A stretch of 64,000 nt of DNA from Gammaproteobacteria bacterium (GTDB lineage: Bacteria > Pseudomonadota > Gammaproteobacteria > G965277405): NCBI GenBank assembly GCA_965277405.1, contig OZ255726.1:426280-490279 (forward strand), read 5' to 3'. The notes under the pieces were generated by a model, which had not been told where the DNA came from, did not search any database, and was given only the letters and a program-made list of their open reading frames with translations. This document shows positions 20,369 through 29,960 of the stretch, piece after piece. The position numbers and the translations under genes are program-made. Numbering within the stretch: position 1 is the stretch's first letter; every line of letters starts with the position of its first letter.

Positions 20369-20497
20369 AATGTATCCTTAATTGTGTTGTTAATATTCAA
20401 ATACACATACCATGCTATGTAGGTTGTTGCATTTAGTAAAATGTATTCCTGACTGCGTTGTTAATATGCAAAATACGCATATATCTAGATTGTTACA

Positions 20498-21448
20498 TTA
20501 AGTAATGCGAGTTACTTGTTTTTGTAACATTGTTTCAACAATAGCCCTCCTACTGCCCAGCGGAAAATAATCCAACTCCACCAATGCTGCATCAATATGC
20601 TGTTGCGCATATACTCTGCACTGGTCAAACACCTGCTGGGATGTAAACAATGCTGTACACGTTACCAATGCATCAGGTTGCTGCAAACTATCTTGCAACA
20701 GTCGTTGCTGCTGCGGTGTTCCTTGATGGTAGCCAATCAACCATGGCAAGGTTTTTTTTCCTTCGCGCAAGTCCTGTCCTGCTGTTTTTCCAGTATCAGT
20801 ATCTGGCAAATAGTCGAGCAAATCATCGACGATTTGAAAAGCCATGCCTAGATGATATCCTAGCTGTTCGGCATGCTTAAAAATACTGGCTGGAGCATTT
20901 GCAACTGCCACTGCACTATAACATGTAGCTTGAAACAACCGCGCAGTTTTTTTATGAATAATCGACCAATACTTATCCATGCTCGGCGTTTGCTCTTGCA
21001 TATGCAACAATTGGTCGATCTCTCCCTCGGTGATTACATTGGTGCAGTCAGCAACATAGCGCACTAATTGCAAATTATTTGTTTGTGTCAACATTTGTAC
21101 AGCGCGTGAATATAAAAAATCACCAGCCAATACCGTATGTGCATTGCCCCAGACAATATGTGCGCATGGCTTGCCGCGACGAATCTGTGCATCATCAATG
21201 ATGTCATCATGAACTAACGTGGCGATATGAATACATTCAATAACACTGGCAATCCGCAGCAACTCTTCAACATCGCCATCAAGAGATAGCCCTAATGCCA
21301 ATGCAACTTGCGCCCTGGTATGTTTACCACCAGCATTATGCAAATATGCGCTAAATGCATTCACTTCATCCAGCTCAGAGTAAATACGCCCTGCAAACTC
21401 ATTGACAAACCGCGCATACGCCGCAGCAAATACCGCTGTATCAGTCAT
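20498..21448 (-). CDS. ispB: Polyprenyl (octaprenyl) diphosphate synthase
   Basis: Two aspartate-rich motifs LVHDDIIDD and FQIVDDLLD. Confidence 0.8.
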   Translation of the reverse strand: MTDTAVFAAAYARFVNEFAGRIYSELDEVNAFSAYLHNAGGKHTRAQVALALGLSLDGDVEELLRIASVIECIHIATLVHDDIIDDAQIRRGKPCAHIVWGNAHTVLAGDFLYSRAVQMLTQTNNLQLVRYVADCTNVITEGEIDQLLHMQEQTPSMDKYWSIIHKKTARLFQATCYSAVAVANAPASIFKHAEQLGYHLGMAFQIVDDLLDYLPDTDTGKTAGQDLREGKKTLPWLIGYHQGTPQQQRLLQDSLQQPDALVTCTALFTSQQVFDQCRVYAQQHIDAALVELDYFPLGSRRAIVETMLQKQVTRIT

Positions 21449-21453
21449 CGTCT

Positions 21454-22260
21454 TTATTGTGTTAATAATTGCTCAACCATGTCGTCCATAACATACAGTT
21501 TTGTTGCTGTACAGCCAACAATATGCGTTGCTGCCAACAACGCGCCGCGAGCAAATACTGAGCGCGTCATCACCCGATGGGTTAATTCTAAACGTTCACC
21601 CTCTTGAGCAAACATCACCGTATGCTCACCAATAATATCTGCTGCCCGAATCGAAGAAAACCCAATCTGACCAGCCATACGCTGCTTGCGAACGCTATGG
21701 CGGTCGAATACAGCAACATCATCGAACGCAATATCACGGGCCTGTGCAACGACGTGACCTAAATCAAGCGCAACGCCTGATGGCGCATCTATCTTTTGCT
21801 TATGGTGTGCCTCAATGATTTCAATATCCGCCGCGGCTAATGCGCGTGACGCCTGCCTTACTAAGCTACGCAATACATGAATTCCCACACTGGTATTCGT
21901 CGCATACAGCACAGGAATCTGTAAACTGACCTGCTGCATATATAATTCAGTTGCAACATCAAGCCCCGTAGTGCACATTACTAAAGGGGTGCTGTGCTCG
22001 ACACATTGGTCGATGATTGCCCTGGTAGCACTCGCCAAAGAAAAATCGATAACGACATCACTTGTATGTAGCGTAGCGCTCATGATAATTGGATTCGTTA
22101 TTTGCGGTTCAAGAGATTGCACCGGCTGTTGAAAAAACGCAGACTCCTTGCGCACCAGCGCGCAGCTGAGTTGATACTCACGAGGATTGGCAGCAATGAT
22201 ACGCAACAACTCGCGTCCCATCCGTCCAGAAGCACCTGCTACAGCAATCTGTAATGTCAT
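21454..22260 (-). CDS. dapB: 4-hydroxy-tetrahydrodipicolinate reductase
   Basis: Start set at ATG 22260 (MTLQIAVAGASGRMG, NAD-binding); EAHHKQKIDAPSG motif. Confidence 0.8.
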   Translation of the reverse strand: MTLQIAVAGASGRMGRELLRIIAANPREYQLSCALVRKESAFFQQPVQSLEPQITNPIIMSATLHTSDVVIDFSLASATRAIIDQCVEHSTPLVMCTTGLDVATELYMQQVSLQIPVLYATNTSVGIHVLRSLVRQASRALAAADIEIIEAHHKQKIDAPSGVALDLGHVVAQARDIAFDDVAVFDRHSVRKQRMAGQIGFSSIRAADIIGEHTVMFAQEGERLELTHRVMTRSVFARGALLAATHIVGCTATKLYVMDDMVEQLLTQ

Positions 22261-22322
22261 ACTTAAATCTACAAAGTTCAAAGACCATAGCATATATATA
22301 ACAACTTATACAATACTCCGAA

Positions 22323-23624
22323 ATGTTACCTTTATTTTCTACCACCGCTGCAAATTTTGCAGAGCAACTCAGCAAACGCCTAGATCGATTGAGTGCTGAC
22401 GACACAAAACTGCGCGCCACTGTTGGCACAATTATTGAAGATGTCCGCAGCCGCGGCGATGCAGCGTTACTCGAATACACCAAGCAATTCGACCATGTTG
22501 GTGCAATGGAAATTGACAAATTACACATTGGAGCAGCAGCCATTCACAACGCCTTGCTGTCAATTGATAACGCAACACGAGAACATTTAGAATTTGCAGC
22601 AGACAATATTCGCCGCTACCACCAACAACAAGTCCGCGCAGATTGGCATTATACAGACGCACTCGGCAACACACTCGGGCAAAGAATCACGCCAATTGAT
22701 GCCGTTGGTATTTACGCACCAGGCGGCACAGCATGCTATCCATCGTCAGTATTGATGAATGCAATCCCCGCAAAACTTGCAGGTGTTGACAGGATTGTCC
22801 TCGTCAGCCCCACCCCAAATGACGTCGTCAACCCTATATTACTCGCAGCTGCTGCAGTTGCCGGCATCGATGAAATGTGGCGTATTGGTGGCGCGCAAGC
22901 AATTGCTGCATTAGCGTATGGCACCAACAGCATCCAAGCGATTGATAAAATAACAGGGCCTGGCAACCAATACGTCAGCGAAGCCAAGCGCCAAGTATTT
23001 GGCAAGGTTGGCATCGATATGATTGCAGGTCCTTCTGAATTGTTAATAATCAGCGATGAGCACATTGACCCGGTCACGGTCGCAGCTGACTTATGCGCGC
23101 AAGCCGAACACGACACCAACGCGCAATCTATCTTGCTCTCAACCAGCCCAACCCATTGCCAAGCGGTGATCCATGCCATTGAAAACTTGCTCAAACTGCA
23201 AAGTTTTGGCAATCGTGATAAAATTATTCGTACCTCACTGCAAAACCGCGGCGCTGCAATTAGCTGCAAACACATCGATGAAGTAATCGAACTTGCTAAC
23301 TATATCGCTCCTGAACATTTGCAAATTATGGTTAACAACAGCAACGAAATTCTGCCGAAAATCAAACATGCAGGCGCAATATTTATTGGCAACAGCTGTG
23401 AAGTGCTCGGTGACTACTGCGCTGGTAGCAACCATGTGTTGCCCACCAACGGCAGCGCACGGTTCTTTTCTGGGCTGAGTGTTGACGACTTTACCAAAAA
23501 AACTGCCATCATCGACTGTTCGCTCAGTGGTGCAGCGACACTGGCCTATACTGCGCACAAACTAGCACAGCTTGAAGGACTACCAGCGCATGCCTTTGCC
23601 GCAGCACAACGTATGTCCCCATAA
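22323..23624 (+). CDS. hisD: Histidinol dehydrogenase
   Basis: 433 aa; GPGNQYV, IDMIAGPSE, AEHDTNAQS motifs. Confidence 0.9.
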   Translation: MLPLFSTTAANFAEQLSKRLDRLSADDTKLRATVGTIIEDVRSRGDAALLEYTKQFDHVGAMEIDKLHIGAAAIHNALLSIDNATREHLEFAADNIRRYHQQQVRADWHYTDALGNTLGQRITPIDAVGIYAPGGTACYPSSVLMNAIPAKLAGVDRIVLVSPTPNDVVNPILLAAAAVAGIDEMWRIGGAQAIAALAYGTNSIQAIDKITGPGNQYVSEAKRQVFGKVGIDMIAGPSELLIISDEHIDPVTVAADLCAQAEHDTNAQSILLSTSPTHCQAVIHAIENLLKLQSFGNRDKIIRTSLQNRGAAISCKHIDEVIELANYIAPEHLQIMVNNSNEILPKIKHAGAIFIGNSCEVLGDYCAGSNHVLPTNGSARFFSGLSVDDFTKKTAIIDCSLSGAATLAYTAHKLAQLEGLPAHAFAAAQRMSP

Positions 23625-23916
23625 GGAAGCTCTGATTAACTCGCTGATGGAGCGAGTTTGATGGCAATTGCAGATGATTGCAAGGCGCAAACCGCTGAGT
23701 GCATGCCGTAGCATATACGCCAAGGGATGTAACACAGCAAGTACCGCTGCCGCAAACCCAAAGTATATGTCAACTCAACGACGGGAAAAACGCTGCGCTA
23801 ACGTCGTTGCAGCACTTGGCAATACCCCCAGACCCACCAGTGTTAGCTGCGCGCTGCGCTTAAATTTCATCAGCGTTTCTTCTCCGTCTCGCCCGTCATG
23901 GACTTAATCAGAGACT
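23625..23916. mobile_element. MITE-like element, copy beginning immediately after hisD stop codon
   Basis: hisD TAA at 23622-23624 directly followed by GGAAGCTCTGATTAACTC; distal end degenerate (GGACTTAATCAGAGAC). Confidence 0.7.
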
Positions 23917-24050
23917 GTAAATGCTACGGAGGTGTGTTCACACATCAGCTAACTAACAAGCTGGTACTGTATTAGTTACTAAACAAAGGAGTACAGCAGG
24001 AACAACCCACATTATTGTGCCAAAACAACGTTTCATAGTCGAGAAGTTAC

Positions 24051-24090
24051 GATTCACAGGGTGCTTGTCGACAAGCACCCTGTGAATCGC
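24051..24090. repeat. 40-bp perfect palindrome centred on GTCGAC
   Basis: CGATTCACAGGGTGCTTGTCGACAAGCACCCTGTGAATCG read directly from sequence; sits at 5' edge of IS481-like remnant. Confidence 0.8.
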
Positions 24091-24103
24091 GTAGCCAACT
24101 ATT

Positions 24104-24960
24104 TTGCCATTTCGCTACTATTCGCTACTAACTGTTTACAAGTGGCGCAGACGCTATACATCAGGTGGAACATCTGCACTGTATAATCTTTCTAGCAGGC
24201 CAATTTCAAGCCCAGCTAAGCTCGCTGAGACCTTGGCTCAACGCATCCAAAAACTCTATTTAGAGTCACAAATGAATGCACGGAGCATTGCCAGGTATTT
24301 GCAATTGGCATACTCCACTGTCACCAAAATTTTGAGGCGGTTGTCCCTGACAAAAAAGACCTTAACAAGAGAAAAAGCGCAGCGATATGAGCACGATCAC
24401 CCCGGCGACATGCTGCATCTGGACATCAACAAACTGCAACGTTTTACTCCACCTGGGCATAAATTTGGCGCTCCTGCAACAGCAAATACAGCCCAAGGTA
24501 TTGAGTGCGTCGATGTTGGTATTGATGACCATAGTCGATGGGCGGTTGTGGCGGTGCTTCCTGATGAGAAAAAGGCAACGACGCAGGGGTTTATTCACCG
24601 ATCATTCGAGCATTTTTCATCATTGGGAATAGCGGTGCAACGGCTGATAACAGCCAACGCACCTGCATATTGATCCAAAGTTCGTAAATCGATATCTTGA
24701 TGCTTGTCAAATCAACCAGGTTTTTGCCAAACCATACAGGCCGCAGACCAACGGAAAAGCAGCAAGGTTTATACAAACGATTGCCAAGGAATGGGCATTT
24801 TCGCAGCCATAGCAAACAAGTGATGAGCGCAACAAAACTCTTTCAAAATACCTTAACCACTATAACCTCAGGAACCTCAGGCGCACACATTCCGCTTTAG
24901 GGAATCTACCACCAGCTGCTAGAATTGTTGGTTTTTGTAAACAACGTGTGTAGTTTTGAC
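24104..24960 (+). pseudogene. IS481-family transposase remnant (N-terminally truncated, frameshift and in-frame stop)
   Basis: ORF 24104..24673 carries HTH and start of DDE core (RYEHDHPGDMLHLDINKL...IDDHSRWAVVAVLPDEKKATT); continuation found by own translation in two other frames (KPYRPQTNGKAARFIQTIAKEWAF stop; ...YLNHYNLRNLRRTHSALGNLPP) ending near 24960. Confidence 0.6.
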
Positions 24961-25400
24961 ACTTATACCTGCATACCTTGCTTGGGTGATTCATGTACGG
25001 ATTAACATTATTGGTTTGTGGCTCACATACGCGAACATCGCGGCAAGCTCTAATTATTGTATATCCACAATTACTGCATAGCCAAAAATTGCGCCTGTTC
25101 AATGGCGTCACATCTGCGCATAGCAAGCATCATGTCATGCGCTGCGATTAAATTGCCCAACACATGTATTGTATTTGATGGCTGTAATAATTTGTTAATC
25201 GGTGAATTTTGATTTCATCATGCAAATTCTCCTGTTCAGATTGTAACAATCTGCTGCTGGTAACCCATGCTAATTTTAAGGGGGATTACAAGTCGACAAA
25301 AACAAATAATACTGTAATATCGCTGGCTTTATTTATGACATACAACTCACTATGAAGTGGGTTGAAGTAAGTGAATACAATTTTAACGGAGGAAAATTAT

Positions 25401-26429
25401 ATGAAACTTAAATTTATTACTAAAACTATTCTTATTGGAGCGACAGTTGCTGTGGTTGCTTTAGCTGCAATCAATGCAAGCGCTGCTGATAATCGTAGCT
25501 ACATCCTAGCAACTGCTTCTACTGGTGGTACCTACTACCCAGTTGGCGTCGCCATCGCCACCTTGAGCAAAATAAAACTAGAACCAAAATTTGGACTCTC
25601 TTTATCTGCGATCAGTTCAGCAGGGTCTGGTGAGAATATCAAACTACTTGTAGAAAACCAAGCTCAATTCGCCATCCTCCAAGGTCTATATGGTGCTTGG
25701 GCATGGAATGGCGAAGGACCATTTAAAAGTTCAGGTCGACAAACTGAATTACGCTCAGTTTCTATGTTGTGGCAAAACGTTGAGCACTTTACCCTTAAAT
25801 CAGCCTTAGCAACAACAGGCACTATTGCTGATTTAAAAGATTTGGAAGACAGCAACAATATGTTTTCAATTGGTAAAAAGAATTCAGGAACAGAAGGCTC
25901 TGGCCGCCAACTACTATCTGGCTTAAACATTAACCCAGATAAATTTAACCTTGCCTACATGGGCTACGGTGCTAGCGCTGATGCTATCCAAAACAACAAT
26001 ATTGTGGGGATGAATACGCCAGCAGGTGCTCCTGTCAGCGCGATAACTCGCCTATTTGCTGCGATGGGGAATACAGTAACAGTGCTGGATTTCACTGATC
26101 AGCAAATGAAAGATGCTAATGGCAGCTACAATTTGTGGACTCGCTATGTGATTCCAGCCAACACCTACCCAGGTCAAACAAAAGACATCAATACAATATC
26201 ACAGCCTAATGTCCTAGTGACGCGTGCAGACCTTGCTGATGATGACATCTATCAGCTAACCAGGGCTATTTATGAAAACTTGGCATACTTAAGCGCTATT
26301 CATAAAGCGACAGCGGTTATGTCTATTGACAAAGCCATTGCTGGTCTTCCTATGCCGTTGCACCCGGGTGCAGTTCGCTACTATCGTGAGCAAGGAATTA
26401 AAATTCCAGCTAGTTTAATTGCCAACTAA
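25401..26429 (+). CDS. TRAP transporter solute receptor, TAXI family
   Basis: Start at ATG 25401 (MKLKFITK) after GGAGGA; signal peptide; TGGTYYPVGVAIA motif typical of TAXI receptors. Confidence 0.8.
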   Translation: MKLKFITKTILIGATVAVVALAAINASAADNRSYILATASTGGTYYPVGVAIATLSKIKLEPKFGLSLSAISSAGSGENIKLLVENQAQFAILQGLYGAWAWNGEGPFKSSGRQTELRSVSMLWQNVEHFTLKSALATTGTIADLKDLEDSNNMFSIGKKNSGTEGSGRQLLSGLNINPDKFNLAYMGYGASADAIQNNNIVGMNTPAGAPVSAITRLFAAMGNTVTVLDFTDQQMKDANGSYNLWTRYVIPANTYPGQTKDINTISQPNVLVTRADLADDDIYQLTRAIYENLAYLSAIHKATAVMSIDKAIAGLPMPLHPGAVRYYREQGIKIPASLIAN

Positions 26430-26539
26430 CGAAATAATTATCGACTTAAAACAACAATTACCTGCATATAATAACTGCTGCATAGGTTGCGGCACTTATT
26501 AACTACTCTGCTAGATAGTATACAAGGTAGCTGTTCCAC

Positions 26540-28681
26540 ATGACCGCTTTTGCGCAAACTGCAACGTCTTTAGACGCCGAGATCAATCAAGACGATTTGA
26601 CCGGCAAACACAGATCTTCTCCTTGGTTAAATCGTGTGGTTTTTATTATTGCGGTTTCGCTTGCGGTCGCTCATATATACATCAACACCTTAGGAACCCT
26701 TCCTGAACTTTGGGTTTCTGCGTTCCATTTTGCTGGATTCGGTGCTTTGTGCGCGCTGATGATTCCAGCCACACCAAAATGGCGCGACAGTAAAATAGCC
26801 TTAATCTGTGATTCCTTGGTGGTGATCGCACTCATTAGTATGGTGCTGTATATTATTTTTTTTGAAGACGCGCTGTATGCCCGCGGGGTGATTTTTAATA
26901 CAGGCGATTGGATCGTTTCTGCTGTTGCTGTTTTACTCGCGCTCGAATTCGTGCGGCGTACCAGCGGCTGGTTTATTCCACTTTTAATTATCGTTGCGCT
27001 GACGTACGTTGTGCTCTGGGGAAAATGGATCGACGGCGCATTCTCTTTTGCAGGGTTAAGCGTTGAAACCCTTTTATACCGCAGCTTTTTTGGTAGCGAC
27101 GGGATGTTCGGCCCAATCTCACGAATTTCATGGAGTTTCGTCTTCATGTTTATTCTATTCGGTGCATTTTTAGTTAAATCTGGTGCTGGAGAATTTATCA
27201 TTGCGCTGTCTCGTTCGCTTGCCAGCAAAATGATTGGCGGGCCGGGGTTTGTAGCGGTGCTAGGTTCAGGGCTAATGGGTTCCGTATCAGGTTCTGCTGT
27301 TGCCAATACCGTATCTACTGGAGTTATTACCATTCCGTTGATGCGTAAGGCTGGCTTTCCAGCCCGTTTTGCCGCAGGTATTGAAGCAGCCGCGTCAACT
27401 GGTGGGCAATTAATGCCTCCCGTGATGGGAGCTGGTGCATTTATTATGTCCTCTTATACCCAAGTATCTTATGTCACCATTATCAGTGTTGCCACCATTC
27501 CCGCTGTATTGTATTTTCTGTCTGTCGGCTTTTTTGTCCGAGTTGAAGCAAAACGCAGCAAAATAATTGCTAGCGACGACGATGACGTCAATATTTCTCG
27601 AGTTTTTAAAGAAGGTTGGCACCACATTGTTGCCTTTGTTGTTTTGGTTACTTTACTCATTAAAGGCTTCACTCCAACCTATGCAGCAGGGATAAGTATC
27701 CTCGCGGTAATCGCTGCATCTTGGCTTGCCAAAGGGCATAGAATGGGAGTGGCAGCTATTCTTGATGCCATGGCTCAAGGAGCTAAGAACATGTCGACGA
27801 CAGCCGTGCTGTTAGTCGGCATAGGTTTGGTTGTCAACGTCATCAGCACCACAGGTATAGGCAATACCTTTTCGTTGCTGATTAGCGACTGGGCTGGGGG
27901 CAGCCTCTTCTTCACTATTGTGTTAGTGGCTATTGCCTCGCTTATTTTAGGGATGGGACTACCCGTCACCGCCTCTTATATCGTATTAGCCACCTTATCA
28001 GCTCCTGCTTTATTCAACCTCATCGCTACAAGTCAATTACTAGAAATGATAGCATCTGGCACGTTACCGCAAGCAGCACATGCGGTATTTATGCTGGTAG
28101 ACCCTGCTGCTATCACCGCATTAGCTCAGAGCATGCCGATGGAACAAGCAACAGCTTTACTCGCGCAAGTACCTAGTGACTTTATAGGTATGCTGATAGA
28201 TCAAGCATTAGGTACGCAAACCATCGCTATGATTCTAGTAACTGCGCACATGATTATATTTTGGTTGTCGCAAGACAGTAACGTTACTCCACCAGTTTGC
28301 TTAACCGCCTTTGCTGCTGCTGCCATCGCCAAAACCCCACCAATGAGAACAGGATTAACAGCTTGGAAATTAGCAAAGGGGCTGTATATCGTCCCACTAC
28401 TAATGGCGTATACCCCTTTAATTGGTGGTGACGCCGCAACACTGTTGCGCCTCACCTTTTTTTTGATCTTTGGGATGTATGCTTTAGTTGCAGCAATGGA
28501 AGGTTATTTAGAAGACAAACTGACCATTGCTTCACGCGTATTGGTGCTTATCGCCGCAGCCATGATGCTGTGGCCAGAGCTAGAACTTTGGATTCAATGC
28601 ATTGGACTAGCGATATTCTTGACCTTATTCATTATCGGCTACAAGAAATATCCAAAAACGATGCAAGTTATAGCAACCTAG
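26540..28681 (+). CDS. TRAP transporter fused permease (TAXI-associated)
   Basis: 713 aa polytopic membrane protein immediately downstream of TAXI receptor. Confidence 0.8.
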   Translation: MTAFAQTATSLDAEINQDDLTGKHRSSPWLNRVVFIIAVSLAVAHIYINTLGTLPELWVSAFHFAGFGALCALMIPATPKWRDSKIALICDSLVVIALISMVLYIIFFEDALYARGVIFNTGDWIVSAVAVLLALEFVRRTSGWFIPLLIIVALTYVVLWGKWIDGAFSFAGLSVETLLYRSFFGSDGMFGPISRISWSFVFMFILFGAFLVKSGAGEFIIALSRSLASKMIGGPGFVAVLGSGLMGSVSGSAVANTVSTGVITIPLMRKAGFPARFAAGIEAAASTGGQLMPPVMGAGAFIMSSYTQVSYVTIISVATIPAVLYFLSVGFFVRVEAKRSKIIASDDDDVNISRVFKEGWHHIVAFVVLVTLLIKGFTPTYAAGISILAVIAASWLAKGHRMGVAAILDAMAQGAKNMSTTAVLLVGIGLVVNVISTTGIGNTFSLLISDWAGGSLFFTIVLVAIASLILGMGLPVTASYIVLATLSAPALFNLIATSQLLEMIASGTLPQAAHAVFMLVDPAAITALAQSMPMEQATALLAQVPSDFIGMLIDQALGTQTIAMILVTAHMIIFWLSQDSNVTPPVCLTAFAAAAIAKTPPMRTGLTAWKLAKGLYIVPLLMAYTPLIGGDAATLLRLTFFLIFGMYALVAAMEGYLEDKLTIASRVLVLIAAAMMLWPELELWIQCIGLAIFLTLFIIGYKKYPKTMQVIAT

Positions 28682-28905
28682 TTTTCGCATACAATCCTTG
28701 GTAACATAGACCGCGGCTTGCAATTGTTTTGCAATCGTTTTGCAATCGTTAGTGCGGCACATTATGTTTTGCGGCGAGTAAGCGCAGCTGTCGCTATCCT
28801 TGTCGCTATCCTTGAGGAGGAACAATATTGCATACAAAAAAACCTTGGCGTTTTTCTGTAAGTAGCTATAATAGCTACCTTAACTTTAATTTCATAGGTA
28901 TGAAC

Positions 28906-29193
28906 ATGAAGACTATCTCATCAAGAGATGCCCAAAACGCATTCGGTCACTTTCTGGATACAGTACAGCGTGAGCCAGTAATCGTGACTAAAAGGAACCG
29001 CCCTGTTGGAGTTATGTTGTCTATGGAAAACCTGCCAGCAATCTTTGAGCTTGCTGATAGTTTGAGAGAGACCATCAAAGCTGGTGTAAAGTCTGGGCTG
29101 GCAGATGCCAAAGCTGGCAAAGGCACAGCGCTTACCGCTGATTACATTGCTGATTTAAAGCAGGAGTTGCAAGCGAGAATAAATACCAGATAA
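28906..29193 (+). CDS. Type II antitoxin, Phd/YefM-like N-terminus with ParD-like C-terminal tail
   Basis: MKTISSRDAQNAFGHFLDTVQREPVIVTKRNRPVGVMLSMENL; start chosen at ATG 28906 (AGGT 6 nt upstream); alternative TTG at 28828 behind GAGGAGG noted. Confidence 0.75.
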   Translation: MKTISSRDAQNAFGHFLDTVQREPVIVTKRNRPVGVMLSMENLPAIFELADSLRETIKAGVKSGLADAKAGKGTALTADYIADLKQELQARINTR

Positions 29194-29202
29194 AAAGAAC
29201 GA

Positions 29203-29520
29203 ATGCAGCATTATCGTATCCAAATTATGCCTACTGCCAGCAAAGGGTTACTTGAAATTGGTGAGTATATTGCTGTGGATAACCCTGTCAGGGCGGTAAC
29301 GTTTGTTGTCGAAATAACCAATTCACTGCAAAAAACTCTATCGTTGTTTCCTCTTTCAGGAAAAGTTGCCGCAGACTTGGAAATGGATGAAGAAATTAGA
29401 ATATTGCCTCACGGTAATTACATTAGCTATTATCGTGTTGTAGCGCACAAACAGCTGGTAGAAGTCTTGTATGTGTTTAATGCCAGTCGTGATATTCAAG
29501 CGCTTATGACACAACTATAG
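29203..29520 (+). CDS. Type II toxin, RelE/ParE family
   Basis: 105 aa; typical RelE/ParE size and pattern (YRIQI...EEIRILPHGNYISYYRVVAHKQLVEVLYVFNASRD), 9 nt downstream of antitoxin. Confidence 0.8.
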   Translation: MQHYRIQIMPTASKGLLEIGEYIAVDNPVRAVTFVVEITNSLQKTLSLFPLSGKVAADLEMDEEIRILPHGNYISYYRVVAHKQLVEVLYVFNASRDIQALMTQL

Positions 29521-29814
29521 GCATAATCCCTTAAAATTAGCATGAGTTAAAAGCACAATATTGTTACAATCTGCATAGAAGAATTTGCATAAAAATCAAA
29601 ATTCACGGATTCACAAATTATTATAATACTCAAACTACATGCAGAGGGAGTGTCAGTTGCTGATCTGTCGATAACACGGCATAAGGCAATACGGTATATA
29701 AATAGCGTTCAAAATATGCTGGTTGGGATATTTCGTTCTTACAGGAGTTACAGGAACTGCGAGCTGAAAATTGACAACACAACAGATGTATGCTGAAAAG
29801 TTCTTGATTGCTGC

Positions 29815-29888
29815 AATACGGCATGCGCCTTGCAATCATCAGCAATTGCAGGCAAACTCGCTCCATCAGCGAGTTAATCAGAGCTTCC
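29815..29888. mobile_element. MITE-like element, terminal fragment
   Basis: GCGCCTTGCAATCATCAGCAATTGCAGGCAAACTCGCTCCATCAGCGAGTTAATCAGAGCTTCC, about 70 bp downstream of hsdR 3' end. Confidence 0.55.
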
Positions 29889-29960
29889 ATAGCTTAATTT
29901 TAAACAAATATACAATAATCACCCCGCACTTTTATGGTTGAGTTAATTTTTAAGCAATTC

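Noticed and set aside
24860-25126. 88-aa minus-strand ORF in the gap between IS481 remnant and TAXI gene
   Set aside because: Cys/Arg-rich with no recognisable motif and no RBS; overlaps IS remnant edge; likely spurious
26671-27333. Long antisense ORFs inside verified genes (26671..27333 in TRAP permease, 22736..23275 in hisD, 30124..30423 and others in hsdR, 44261..44641 in FAD oxidoreductase, 47749..48132 in rpoZ)
   Set aside because: Each is fully overlapped by a longer ORF with clear conserved motifs on the opposite strand
28625-28837. 70-aa minus-strand ORF upstream of the antitoxin
   Set aside because: Overlaps the TRAP permease 3' end and the tandem-repeat region; no RBS or motif; region better explained as TA promoter/operator
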